A stretch of DNA of 40,790 nt. Source: Catajapyx aquilonaris (lineage: Eukaryota). The notes beneath the pieces were generated by a model that ran no database searches, was not told the DNA's origin, and saw only the letters and a list, made by a program, of their open reading frames with translations. The stretch spans positions 1 through 40,790 of the forward strand of contig JYFJ02003497.1 in assembly GCA_000934665.2 (NCBI GenBank). Reading direction: 5' to 3'. Positions 1 through 13,257 of the stretch are shown in pieces. Position 1 is the first letter of the stretch, and every line of letters starts with the position of its first letter. The position numbers and the translations under genes were made by a program.

Positions 1-251
1 GGCTACTTATCGTAAAGAATAAGGGCGCCAAAAAATACTATTAATCCCAATGTAGTGTCATTTGTCAAATAAATTCTCATAATATAATATCCTTATTAAT
101 ATTTTTTACAGCAATTTACACAATTCAACAATCACCATAAAATGTTTGATTTAGGTTACATTTTAGCCTTATTAGTGTGTCAAGTAAAATAATGTGGTAA
201 TCTGTGTGTTTCAGAGCATAATGATTCATTTTACAGTATGTTATCTGAAAC

Positions 252-338
252 ATATGTTGGGTTAGCTTGCGTCTCCCTTCATCGCTGACCACCCCTCATA
301 GGGAAATGTCGTGATGTTGTTGTTGTTGTTGTTGTTGT
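252..338 (+). mobile_element. 5'-truncated non-LTR retroelement/SINE 3' end (RTE-like) with (GTT)n tail and 13-bp target-site duplication
   Basis: TGTTATCTGAAAC occurs at 239-251 and again at 339-351. The 87 bp between them end in ...CATCGCTGACCACCCCTCATAGGGAAATGTCGTGAT(GTT)n, which resembles the GACCCC...GGGA...(GTT)n 3' ends of RTE-clade elements. Confidence 0.6.
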
Positions 339-3300
339 TGTTATCTGAAACCATTATTTTCACGGCTTTTCCAGTTTTCCCCGCCACTTCTTCCACCCTT
401 TTCTCCCAGCCTGACATCTTTTCTCCAACTGAACCTGCGTTACTGAGCTATACTAGTCAGGGTGTGACCAGAGGTCAGGGGTCACACAATGCATTGTACC
501 AAGGAGTACCACTGCAGGTGCACACCGGAGTATACCGAAGTGAGTACCCCCATTGTATGGAGCCAACATCTAGTGAAGTTTATAAATATTATTCTGAAAA
601 TGTCATTATATCGGTTTAATAATACATGTGTTCAATGTATGGAAGAACTGCCGGTTCTTGTGATGCTAACGGAGTGTATCTTCCGTTGAGAACTTTCAAA
701 AATAATGCAGCTATAGAAATTACAGTATACTATTGTAAGTCTGTCAGTTTCTGGCACGAACCTGCGTCTGCCATCTGCTGACGATATGGATTTTTACTAC
801 TGTACGACGCACTTAGAAAGAAGTTTCGACTTGTTCCGTGGCGCTAAAGAGCCGGGAAATGTTTTTGTCAGTACGCAAAATCATCACAGGTTGGCTTAAT
901 TCAGAAGATTTTAACCACATTTAAAAAAATACACTGTAAAGTCTAAAGTGTTAACCCCTGTCGACGGAAGTAGAGAGAAGGTTTCGCTTTAGATACCAGA
1001 AGTGATATATTCCGACAATCATATTCCTCTTTTCAATGTTTACCAGTAATATATGTATAACAAGATTTTTTTATTAAACTCCTACTTGTGAGAAAGTGCT
1101 GGCGAAATAAAAAGCAGCTCTGTGTAAAAAATTTCTGATAATATTAACGCACATTGAGACACATTCCACAATAACGTATAAGTAACCACTGACGTGTACG
1201 TATAGAAGACGAATCCTATGTATTCTCATTTCATTATAAATTATTAGGCCTATCATGTATATCAAATATGTTTTAAAATGCACTGTGTGTACTACCAGCT
1301 AGATACGTACCTCTTGTAACGTGCTGGAACGTCATATTCAATTTTATCTGGTTTCAAGGAGATAATTATAACACGCACATTATGCTTTGAAGAAGAGGTA
1401 GAAACAACAGGCTTTTTTTATTTTCATTACATTATAGTCGTACTCTCGTACATTCACATTATAGCGACCAGTGTAACAGCACGCGTCATATTCTTGATTA
1501 GCACAGGTTGCAGACTTCCCGACAATAAATTGATTTGTTACCAACACAAAAGATATCCATTGGCCTCAGGCCCCACCGGATATACCACGACAGGAAGTCT
1601 TCTTAACACGCTCTAGCCACACTCAATAATACCTTATTTTTTTATACGTATGACAACAGTCTAACATAGGCCATTCATTATTTTGGCATGCAATACAGTA
1701 CAAGTAAGGTGCACACAGTATACAAGAATAACTCAGAGAGCGCAACAACTCTCGACTCTGTAATAAATAAACAATCCTAATTTCACCATTTTTAGCAGGT
1801 GTGAAAGTCTGCAGAAGGCTCCATGTGTATGTATGAGAACAAGGATTACATACACAATCATACTCGTCATTTCCCCATTTGTTGGCTTCTTTTGTGCGGG
1901 GCAGAAATTCATCACATTAGATCGAGGTTGAGATTATTATCATACTAGAAAATTTTCTTGTAGCCTCTAAATAGGTAAATAGACACCAACTGCTGCAGAA
2001 ATCATCCCGCAAGTTAGCTACAGATTACAGCACATTTGTACGGAGCTGGCTTGGCCAGCAACGAAGCTTTTTCAAGTGAAATGCGGTTACTCAAGTGTGT
2101 GACAACAGTCATTATTATTTTTTAAACTTTCTTCAAAAAATACAGACGATTATCTCACCACATTTACTAATGTGTAACAGAGCACTCTGAGTGAAGTTAC
2201 AAAGAGTCAGTAATGTTCTGTACGAAGAGAATGACATGGAAGGGAATTGAGCATTTAAGCTCAAGTTATAGTAGAGAATATTAAGGTGGAAAGAAAAAAA
2301 AATCTGCACTTCAAGTATATTTGAGATAGAAACGCTCTATCATGGGAAGACTGAAAATTCTTAACAGAAAAAATGGATCCAGCTATTTTATCTTCTTCAG
2401 ATAATTTATAAAACGCCAATATCATTATTTTAAAGATAACTTAGTACTTCTTTTCTTTCCACCCAAATAATATTACGCTAGCCGGTTGAGACCTAGTAGT
2501 ACAGCAATAGGAGATTTTGGAAAGTTTTGAAAAGGATATTGGAATTAACGATCAACAATAATTACTTGTAGTACAGTACATATCATTTACACAAACGTGT
2601 CGTGGTTAAAATATGCCCTCTTTGTCTCCTGGAGCTTTGCTACAGTGGGTACAAAAAAGCAAGTTGGGTTTTTTTGTTTGGAAAAACTGCACATTCTGTG
2701 TTACTTCCATATGTGTGGCTATAAAACATGACTCTGTATTATCAAATGAGCTATCACATTAGACAAACAGGACAGGCACAAACAAATAGGAAAGGTGTTC
2801 GATTCTCAATCCAACACAGAACTCGGTTGGCGTGTGAATTTTTTAAGTCACTTCTCCCTATATGAGTATTAGTTCAGGTTCCAATTGTTACCTAAAGAAT
2901 TTTTGGTGAAGTACTACATGGCACACAACATGATGCAATATAGAAACATTCAGCTTTATACTGTACGTGAAAAGAGTAAACTTTCTATGCTTTGAACGTA
3001 GTTTACTTTCCGAGACAACAGATATTGGCAAAAAACACTACAGGGCATCGAATAAAGGAGAGACCTCTTTAGACTCATTAGAGTCGAAGAGAAAAGATAG
3101 GCACCTCCTTGTTTTTTTAAAGTCCAGTACATTAATATTGTGTAACACATTTAAACACATTCCTTTGATATTGTTTTATTATATGTTCCACTTTTTTTTC
3201 CACAAATACGTGAGGGCAGAAAAATAAGAGAGAAAGCAAGAATTTAAGACCTACGAAGAATTAGTTTGTTGTGTACATGTTCTTCAGTCGACATGCAATG

Positions 3301-5997
3301 ACTATATTATTATTTTTTTTGTAAATAATTCATGTCGGTGAAAATTTGAGATCCTACAACTCTGTCGTAGCAAACTGACCAGTTCATTACAAAGATTGAA
3401 AGTGGCTCCTGAGAGATATATAAATCACTGCTGGTATTTTTCTTCTCATACTTTAGCTATCAAGATTATGCCGATTTGGAGTCAAAACTGTAGGAAAAAT
3501 CTACTTTTTTTGTATAGGACGATATCAATCTCATTCCAGATTCAGAAGCACAAGACACACAACTTTTGCGTGTGTACAAAGAACAAACCTTAAGTTCAAG
3601 TGATTTATTGCTAGAAATAGGAGTTTCGTGTACGTAGTTCTATTGTCCTCATATACGGTATATATATATTTTTTGACCGGAAATGCAATGTTTTGTCCTT
3701 CAAGTCTCATTACATGTGCCTAACCCCTCTTCACTCCAACATCAAGTGAGCGAGATGCCTATTATCTTCATATTTTCTTCTCTAATGCTCCACCTGGTTG
3801 GCACTTGGTATAAATCTTTTAGTGAACAAAATTCAACGCGGTGTTCTGATTGTCGCAAGAAATCACTTAATTGTCAGACTATGAGCGATAAGTGCTTTGT
3901 TTGACAACACTTGACACATCATCGCAGGAATAAGCCAAGTATGTATATATAATGTACAGCAGTACACACATGTGTTTTTTTTCTTCTTCTCCACCTGACT
4001 CAGACACACATTTGCTATGAAAATATAAACAAAAATTCTGGACAAGTCCAGTGATTGTAATCACAATTAAAAGGCATCGTTATCTCATTTTCCACCGTAT
4101 GAAAAGATAATGCTACCGTATACAAGACTATAAATATTGTACGGATCCATGTGTGTGGGAGATACAGATGCAACTTACTACTGAGCCGTGTAATGGCTGC
4201 GTAGATGTTGCATCCATTTAACTTATTTTTTTTGCAACAATACTGATAGGTGTGCAAGTGAGATAGTATGCGGTTTCAGGTAAACCCGAGAACAGACTAC
4301 GTACAAGCATATGCACACCTACATTACAATTGCGCGTCCGAGAGTGCGATCTAAATGTGTCTGAAGCGCATCTAATTCACATAGTAGCAATTAGTCTAAC
4401 GAGCCTTTTTAATTAGCACATCATAGTCTCCTTTCACGTATATAAAAAACCAGAAAATCGACGATTAAGTGTCTACGCAATTAGCAGTGCAGAGCTACAG
4501 CAGTTGTGCACTCTTAGTGCACTTTTCATGTCAAAAGTTCTACAGGCTTTTCTCATAACATTGGTACATTTTGATAACCTGCGTTAGTCTTTTCTTTAAA
4601 TACAACGTGCATGCACGTTTAATCAGGAGTACAATGTATTATAATAATACATTTCCATTAGACGTTGCATAAACAAAGATAAGCGTATCATTCATCTGCC
4701 ACTGCAGATTCGTTCTTTTTGCTTCGTCCGAATGGAAAATTGATGAGGGAGAATCTCAACGGAAGATTATAATATATTAAAGTCACATAAGAAAATATGA
4801 AAGCAATGCCTTCGCATCTACTATTATGTTGACTGCAGTGTGTACTTAACGGCAGCAATGTTTAAAGTGATCAAGTAAAAGTTGTTCCAAATCATTTAAC
4901 AAAGTTAAATCTTTGCAACGTTACAATATCATGTAAAAGCCTATATGTTGTACCCTGACCAACCTTTTCTTCTTCTTCTTCTTCTTTAAATATACGTGTA
5001 GTAGAGTAAGCGTCATCGTTTGAATTATTTTGAGCCACATTGTGTCTATGAAACGAAACTTTAAAAAAAGACACGACAGCTGTGGTATAGTGTATGAGGC
5101 CCATGAATTATAATATATTTTTTGTGCGATACATTTTATCAGCTCTGCGCTTTATAGGTATACACTATTTTGGCCTCTGAACATTAAAGGTAACGCGTCA
5201 TATGCTGTAAACTTTGTGCGCCGCTTTTTAAATTTTTAAAAATCTCATCAACCTGCATGTCCGCGCTTCATATTGTAGGCCTACGTGTTTGACATGACAT
5301 TGCACACGGCAGCACTATTCCCAATTACAGTCCTGGTTAATTATTATTGGTGGTGTCCCACATAATGTGAACTCTCTAAAAAGCAAATTTTCAAGGACTT
5401 TAACGTGGTTTCCCTCATGTATAATATGGGCTTCCGGATTTCAAACCCACGGAGGTCATACAGCTCATTACACATTCTTTGTTGATAGGAAAATGTGAAA
5501 TTTTTTTTTTTGTCTACACGATGTTCAATATATGCAAAAAAAAGCCGTTGCTAATGTCACTCTCTGGGCAGCTATTTGCTTTTATAGTTTGCTCAGGTAC
5601 ATAATAGACATGTGGAGAATTCGCGTTCATGCATGGCCTACAAACGTCGTGTCTCTATCATCACAGGTACTAGCGCAGTCCAATTGCGTTAAACTCATAC
5701 TCCGCAGATATTATCTTCTTCGTCTAATCGACTCAATTCGCATTATGCAATTAAGCTGCCAGTGTTGATTTTTCCTATGGCTGTGCCCTACCTTGGAATA
5801 AGTCCCCGTTTGGTTGAAGCAAGCAAAAGCGCGATATTTCCCTGCATTAGACCTGTACAGAGTGATCGCAATGCATGAAGAAGAAGGCTGCTGCTGCACT
5901 GCTGTAGTTAGGACACTACGGAAGATTGCAAATATTTTTTGCAAAGGGTTTTAAAGAGTGAGACACATGGTTAGGGGACGCAGACAGCTCTGTTTGA

Positions 5998-8900
5998 TCA
6001 GTTGGAGTGGCGTCCATGTGGTGATAATCCTCCTCCACCACCTTCAGAACTGACCCTTCCGCTGTCCATCTCGCTTGAAGCACTGGAGCTGAGCGTGGTG
6101 TTGCTTCCATAAGGGTCGAGAGAGCTCTGGACGGACATGGAGCGTCCTCCTTGCACCATCCTCACTCGGTTGGGGGAGAGCTTGGTTGGGTCGACACTTG
6201 CTGGATCTGCCTGGACCAAACGGGGGGCCACGGACATTTACTCACGAACAACACATTCCGGCCTTAGAACAAACAACCAGCAAAATGGCAACAGAACATT
6301 TAATAAGGAGGAAACTGAAAATATGCTCCCAAGTAACGCACATTTTACAACAAAATTGGCCACCACCATATATAGTTTAAAACCTGCTCTCTAAACACAC
6401 CTTTTTTGTGTACTCTCTGAGAGTGTATGATCATACAATCGAATCATAAAACAATTTTATGTCAATTTGAGCCAATGTAAACACTAGTTGGAAAAATTAT
6501 CACCGATATGTTGAAGAATGAAGAAGCTGAAAGAGAGAAATCATATAAAACTCTGCAAAATGGGTCATTCAGAGAGCAAGTGTCACTCGGGAGTAAACAA
6601 AAAGACAGCAAAAAAAATATAAGCATCCTTAAGTCTACAAGAACGAAAAAAATAAAACTTGCCACTCTCCATCCTCAGCCTTTAGCCGTTTGCAAAAAGG
6701 AAATTATGAAGCCAATAGTAGCCGATGTATAGTTACACACGCAAATGCAATAAGAAGCTTCCCTTATACATGTATATAAAATTCTACCCTTCCCTCGCAG
6801 TATATCGATCATCCTTACAGGGCTTGCGAATCAAATCAGCACACTTGCATTAGACCTGTTAGCTGCATTACAGGCCCTCAAAATTGGACTGACTATAGCC
6901 TTTTTCCCAACCAGTAAACATGATCCACTGCAAATTGCAATTACACAGGCGTTTAAAAAAAATAACAAACATGAATTATACCTGGTAAGCGAGAGCGTTC
7001 ATGATGATGTGGTAAGGAACAAGGCCTAGTGGATGGATGTCCTTCATGAGCACATTTGCCGGGATTTTGTGGAACTGGATGAACTCCAGGAAGTTGGCAA
7101 TCACTTCTTTTAAAGGGGTCCCCGGATTGCTGTCGCAGTACTTTTTACCCCACATTAAAGCCGCCTGAGATAGAGAGAGAAACGAATCAGTATAGACGAT
7201 CTCAAGAAAGAAAAAATTCAGCTAAAAGATGCTGTAACTTAAAGATCGACAACCTGGAATTTGGTGAATTCGTCCGCCTTGAGCTCCTCTCTACAGAGGA
7301 TGAGACGGACCACGTGTTGCGGCAAAAGCGTGAATGATCCCAGGTTGAGCACGTCGTTCCCGTGTTCGTCCACAAACTCCAAAACCTGCGAAATATATTT
7401 TTTTAAATGTGAAAATAACTCTCAAAATCCGGATTTGTTGATCATTTTTTTGTACCTTTTGCACAAGAGATTTGGTGCACTTGTACTGGATGTATCTCTC
7501 TGCCGATGCCAACAATGCGCACACTGTGTCTACGTTTATGCAACACTGCACAAAACCGCCGCAGGCCCTTCTGAGCTCATCCAAACCGTAGTAATCGGCC
7601 GCGTTCATTACGCCTGCGAATCAATAATATTTACTTCAAGAGTTGGGAATTGGTGAGGTTGCTGTGCATTAAACTCAGCGGTCGAACCAAAGCGGCGCAT
7701 GTGCTGCACCTGATATCATTTTGACAGAATTTTCATGGTGCAATTTTTGTTTTTTGCAAAAATAGATCTTACCGAGCAAGGTTCGGGGTTGTAATGTAAC
7801 GCAGCCTGTGTGGATGTACTCTATGAGCTGGCGAAACACATCCGGTTCAAACTCCTCCACTATGAGCGTCTGGTGTTGATTCGTCTGCTGCAAAGAGTTT
7901 TAAGACATTGTGAGGAGATATGCTGAAACTCACAGGCTAATTTTGTAAAATCATAATTATAATTTAAGAGACAGGTGCTGTTGTCCTTGTGCGGTTGATC
8001 ATATGTATACACTTTAAAAAATATATTGAGTGGAAATTTCAACTGAACTTCAGCAAAATGAGTCCAAATTACTTTGATGATGACTCGAGTGAATTGGACT
8101 CAAATGTAACATGTTTTTCAATAATTTCAATGAGTAGTTAAAACCAGCACTCAATAAATATTAGAGTGTATATTTTCATACAATTATTAAGATGAGTAAA
8201 AGTCAAAATAATAATGTGCAAGAAGATTCAGTGCGCTATATGATCGGTGGGGGAAGGAAATAATATGTTTATCATATTCTCCCGATATGTTAGCAGCATG
8301 CAGTTAATTGTCTACATTTTTGCACATTTTATTTGTAATGATAATTACAGGAATCCACTGCAGTGTTGCTAATATACCTGGTGTGATACATTCTTAAAAA
8401 AACTTTCAGAAAACAGTGCATGTGGTAAACATTTCTTGGACTAGAACATAACATAATCTGAACACAAAACATGCTGCTGGCACAAACAAACATGATGTGA
8501 CATTATCACAAGTGCTGTACTGTCCTACTCAGTAAACATGTTATTACAGGTGGTACAGATTTATATTTTTTAAAAAAAGCTAAACCAGTGAACGGTGAAA
8601 ATGAGGCCAGAAACTAGGGAGGAGAGCACACAGTAAACATGCTTTCAAACTACAGCCTTTGAGCCGATACCCAAAGACCCGAACGTAATTGTAATTACAG
8701 TGTCGGTACGCACAGCAACGTCAATTTAGCAATGCAAATTATATGTGGTGCTAGCTCAACATATCATGTTATCTCCGCCGTGTAGGATTGTCATTCACAG
8801 CATTTTCCATGTTGGCCAAGCGTTGCACGTAGCATTCACGGTCCAAAGGCTGTCAACAGGCCATTAGCGGTCCTTTTATTACGATCATCTCTTCAAGCGT

Positions 8901-11900
8901 CATTAATTCAAAAAAATCTAATGGGGACAGTTGCATCGTCAATATCTGGTTAAAAGAGACCTGAAATTTGGCGCCCTACCGAGCATTTTAATGAGGTCGA
9001 TGTTGTTATTTTTCGAGGGGGGCCAACATGGAAGTTCAAAAGGTAGGCTATCCCTACTGTGGTTTTTAACTAAATGTGTCTAAACAATATATATCGAATG
9101 GAAATCAATACAATATTTTCTATTGGTGACTTCCACCCGAGTGAGTGACGGGGCCTAGTGCTTGTGTGTATAAAAAGTGGTATATATAGAAAAATATCTG
9201 TGATCCTATATAGAAAAAAAGGGGAGGGTAAAATTTTCTATCGAGCGAGCATACCTCTTGAATAGGAGCCAGCTGCTGGGTGTATCCCCGCTGCAGGAGA
9301 CACAACACAAAAAACATCAATGGCACGTAGCCTACAATTACACAGCGCAACGATCATGGAATCGGGTCTTGCTGGAAGCTTCTGGATAACACACATTGTT
9401 TTAAACAAAATAATATAATTTATATATGGGAATCGGACTGGAGGATATAGGGACACAATTGAGCGCACTTCTGCATGAGAATCATTCTTCTGATCAACTT
9501 ACAAATATTTACATGGCATTTTTTTTTGAATGAATGGATTCTCAGGCGAAGGCTAATAATTGATCACATTTCGCACAGGCATATACAAAAGGAAAAAATA
9601 ACTACACAATAATGCAACGGTGAGCTGAACGACGATGAGGGCCCATCACAAAAGGGGATCCATCAAGTGCTTGGGGAATTGTTACCTGGCTTTGCCCACT
9701 TTGCTGCAGGCAGATTATAAAGTTAGTGGTACCCCTGTCGAGGGATGAAAGTGATTAGCGATAGTTTGTTGCTTTTGGCAAGCGTCTGCCGGTACTATTA
9801 GTTTCAAAGCGTTTCACGACATTTTTAAAGCAGCGGCCAAGTACTACACCGAGCTGTACTCTTTTAGGAGCATGAACAGTTGGTTCATCTCTAAATATTT
9901 ATTCGTGTAGTTATACGTTTTCTGTGATAAGATTGCACTGTACTGTTTCATACCTGAAAGAGTTAAGCCATGCTTCTATAAATCTATGGGGTTGTTTACT
10001 ACATTTTTTTTGGCATGAACATTGCTGCAACAAGAAGAAGCAACAAAGTGCAAACGTGGTCAATGAGTTCAACTAGATGCAAGTTTTGTCTTACGGCCAA
10101 ATAGGCAGCATCTTTAATGTTATTGACGCTGAATTTTCTTTGCGACATTTACTGTGTGACTGACAACAAAATACACATGAGAATCGTACTTCCACACAAG
10201 TCGGGCCACGTGACACAAATACAACACTGAAAATTGTCTCGAACATGACGTACAGTACATGACGAGTAAATCACTCAGACAATTATTTACGCACTACATC
10301 GCAAAAATGACTCTAAACAATCGGTACACCTACACCGAATCGAGATGTTTTTATTGGCATCCCTACCTGTTGGGCAGCGTTTTGCAGATTTAATAAAGGC
10401 TCGCTGCTTCTCTTCAAGAAGAGCCGGAGTTTATTTTCCCTCTGAGGCGGATCTTTTTTTCGCTGAGGACTAGGCGTTTGGTAAAGCATCTTGAGGAACA
10501 CTCTGTGAACAAACACACACAAAAATTGCACTGTGAAGTACATACAGTATGTTTCCGTCTCTTCCGCTCCTGAAAACAATGAGGGGGCTGCATCTTTGGC
10601 AACTTCGATCGTTCACTGCATTTGCATTATACAGCCTCTGATTTGCTTTCGGTGATGCAGCAGTATGCAAGCACATTAGAAGACAGTTGGCCCCGCTGAT
10701 GAGTAACATGCAGGCGAGGAATACATGACTTAATGAAGGCTGAGCTAAATCCGGGGAGGCATCAATCATGGATACAGAGCTTCAAACCCTTCTCCCTTAT
10801 TGAGTGTACACAAAACGCCCTTTAGTGCTCGCCAATAATGATGCCAGCTCAGGAAGTGATTTTGGCAATTATTGGACTTGCTGATATTCCGCATAAGACC
10901 TGCAGTGAAGTAACCTCTCATAATAATATTCCAGAGGTAATTGTTGCTTCTCTTTAAGCAGGTTTCTGGAATCTTGCGAAGTAAGTGCTGCCAGCTCAGC
11001 CTGACAAAGACTAACCTTTTCTGCAGACAAGAAATGCTTCCAAGTCATCAAGACTGACAAACAACCCGAAAAGTGGGCGAACCGGACGCTAAATTATTCA
11101 TATATCCTCTCAACAATGTGGAATAGTGGTTTCGCCACATGCCTGCTCCTAATTAATGTAAGGTTATAAGCCGAACTCCTGGAGAGTTCCGTCCACTCTC
11201 AAAATTATTCCGGATGTGGGCTTTATTCCCTTGTAATCCTAATATTTGCACGGTGTGCGCACCTTCATTGTAAACCAGCCAACTAGGAAGCCAGTAGGTG
11301 GCAAATTGTGTTTCTCTCCCCCCCCCCCTTCTATACTACCCCCTGGAGGGAAAACAAGCCCACAGACCTATGAGCAAGGAAGTCGCACATAAATCAAAGC
11401 GAGTTGTTGACAAGCTTAGGGGCAAGCAAGCAAGCAAAGGCAACTTGATATGCTGCTATTTCTGGGGTTCCCTCCATCCATTCCCAATAAATGAAGGGAC
11501 CTTGGGGGCGACGGAAGGGAATTGAGTTATATACGCATGCCGGAGAGAGATGGGTGCAGGAAAAGGCAAAAGGAGACGCCCTGAACAGTATTATGACGTC
11601 GGAGGCCTGCTGAAAGTGGCTTCCATCGCCGCAAAACTTGTATACATGATGAAAGTTTCTTCTAATTCTCTCCGTCGGGTATTTGTCCGACCTGATAGTA
11701 CCACTATCTCCCGTGCGACTTGAGAGTGGCAGGAGTGTGCAGGGGAAGAGCGCTCCATCTATGCGTCAAGAATAGTACTACGTGGTAAATCCCAGGTCGG
11801 ACAAACATCCGATGGTTATGTTCCTATATAGAATGTATGTGGAGATGGACTGACCTACTCCTGGCGGCCAGCACTGCTTTGACGGCACAGACGGGCTCTC

Positions 11901-12051
11901 TAGTGTCACCGACGAGGAAGGTGACGTCGCAGAGCTCTGGCATGCTGGCCAGGAACTTCATGTCCTCGGCCAGCCCGCTCTTGTTCTCGAACGTGCTGAA
12001 GTCCGGCTCGTCACTTAGCGCCTCAGCCATTATTATGGCCTGCTCCAGCAT
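5998..12051 (-). CDS. gprs: BTB/POZ + BACK domain 'serine-enriched protein' (gprs-like), 8 coding exons, 389 aa
   Basis: Exons (minus): 12051-11855, 10502-10367, 9290-9255, 7887-7773, 7613-7456, 7385-7254, 7164-6982, 6210-5998. All introns are GT-AG with consistent phases; total 1170 nt. Protein: ...FENKSGLAEDMKFLASMPELCDVTFLVGDTREPVCAVKAVLAARSRVF..., EEFEPDVFRQLIEYIHTGCVTLQPRTLLGVMNAADYYGLDELR (BTB), VLEFVDEHGNDVLNLG...DEFTKFQAALMWGKKYC (BACK), then a Ser-rich tail. Confidence 0.9.
8010..8168. mobile_element. Non-autonomous DNA transposon (MITE), CACTA/EnSpm-like ends, in a gprs intron
   Basis: TA|CACTTTAAAAAATATATTGAGTG ... CACTCAATAAATATTAGAGTG|TA: imperfect ~23-bp terminal inverted repeats flanked by TA, plus an internal inverted pair TGAGTCCAA / TTGGACTCA. 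Confidence 0.6.
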
Positions 12052-13221
12052 CGGGAAGTTTCGCTGCTGAAATATGCCAACCCAGGAAAGAGGAGTGAGG
12101 AGGAATATTATTATTATTCAAGGGTCGAAATAAGGAGAAGTGATGGCGGGGGACGATGAGAGTCATGAGGAGGGAATATCAAAGGGGGTGGAGGAGGAAT
12201 GAGGGGTATAATAAAATGTGGGATGTTCTTGTGGGCGAGCGTGATGGTAGGCAAATGAGTTATGCGCCTTGGGGAATACTTTTTAAAAGATTTTCTTATG
12301 ACTGCAAGAAACTTGGCAGGCAATACAGTAAAATAAATTGAGAAGGGGGGGGGGGGGATTTACAAGTTAGTGGATTTTTCCTCCTGTTGATAAAAGCGCC
12401 TGTAAGTCAGGCCACTCCTGCGAGCAAGAGAGGCGCAACAGTTATCCCCCTGACAGGATACAATATACCCAAGGCCATTCCCTCAATCACGTTACCCCCA
12501 TTTTTTTTAAACAACAAAAAAACGAGCTTTATTTAGTCCGCAAACAACGGAAGTGTAGGAAAATGAGCATATTGATCAACCCACCGCCCCCACAGTATGT
12601 GTGTGTGACGAGAGAGAGAATATACCACATGCCATATGGGGGACTATAACACTAGGGCCATAATGTGCATTGGGCCACACATTACAGCCAGTTCATTCCG
12701 CCTAATCGCACCTGTTTATCACGCTTGTTTTTTTTCCTCCCCTTTCCAAATAAAAACAACAGGCAAGGGAGCAGTACCGGACTCTAATGGACACACTTTA
12801 TTATCCGGATGTCTTCCGGGTAGATTCATGTGAAGAAGCCAATGGGGTGTTGTTGTGATGTATCGATTTCTGAGAAACAGGAGGGGGGCGTTTTATTTTT
12901 GGAGGCAGGAAAGTGCCAATAAGCAAAGGCGGCGCATCAAGGTGAAACTAGCAAAATTGTGCAAAAAAAGGGGGGGGGGGGAGGATGTACGCAAAAAGGT
13001 GGTGGGGGAGGGGGGGGGGGTGTAGGCCAAGGACTGGATGAGTCCAAGTTTTGTTCCCAAGCTAAAATCCGGAGGCTGCATATATCGATCGGATATACAC
13101 CGGTATTTCAACAGGTGGCGTTAGAGCTTGGGTCGCTCTTATAGTTTGGTATATATAAAATATATATATGTGTGCGTGGGCGGATCAAGTACATTATGTG
13201 AGAACACACACATATACACAC

Positions 13222-13238
13222 AGAGAGAGAGAGAGAGA
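13222..13238. repeat. (AG)n microsatellite / GAGA tract upstream of the gprs coding region
   Basis: AGAGAGAGAGAGAGAGA next to CA-rich sequence. Confidence 0.8.
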
Positions 13239-13257
13239 TCAATAGATCGATGCTGAC

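Noticed and set aside
311..619. 102-aa ORF with a poly-Leu 'signal peptide'
   Set aside because: The poly-Leu is the (GTT)n tail of a retro-insertion, the start is non-ATG/weak, and I recognise no homology. An exon of a gene outside the window cannot be fully excluded.
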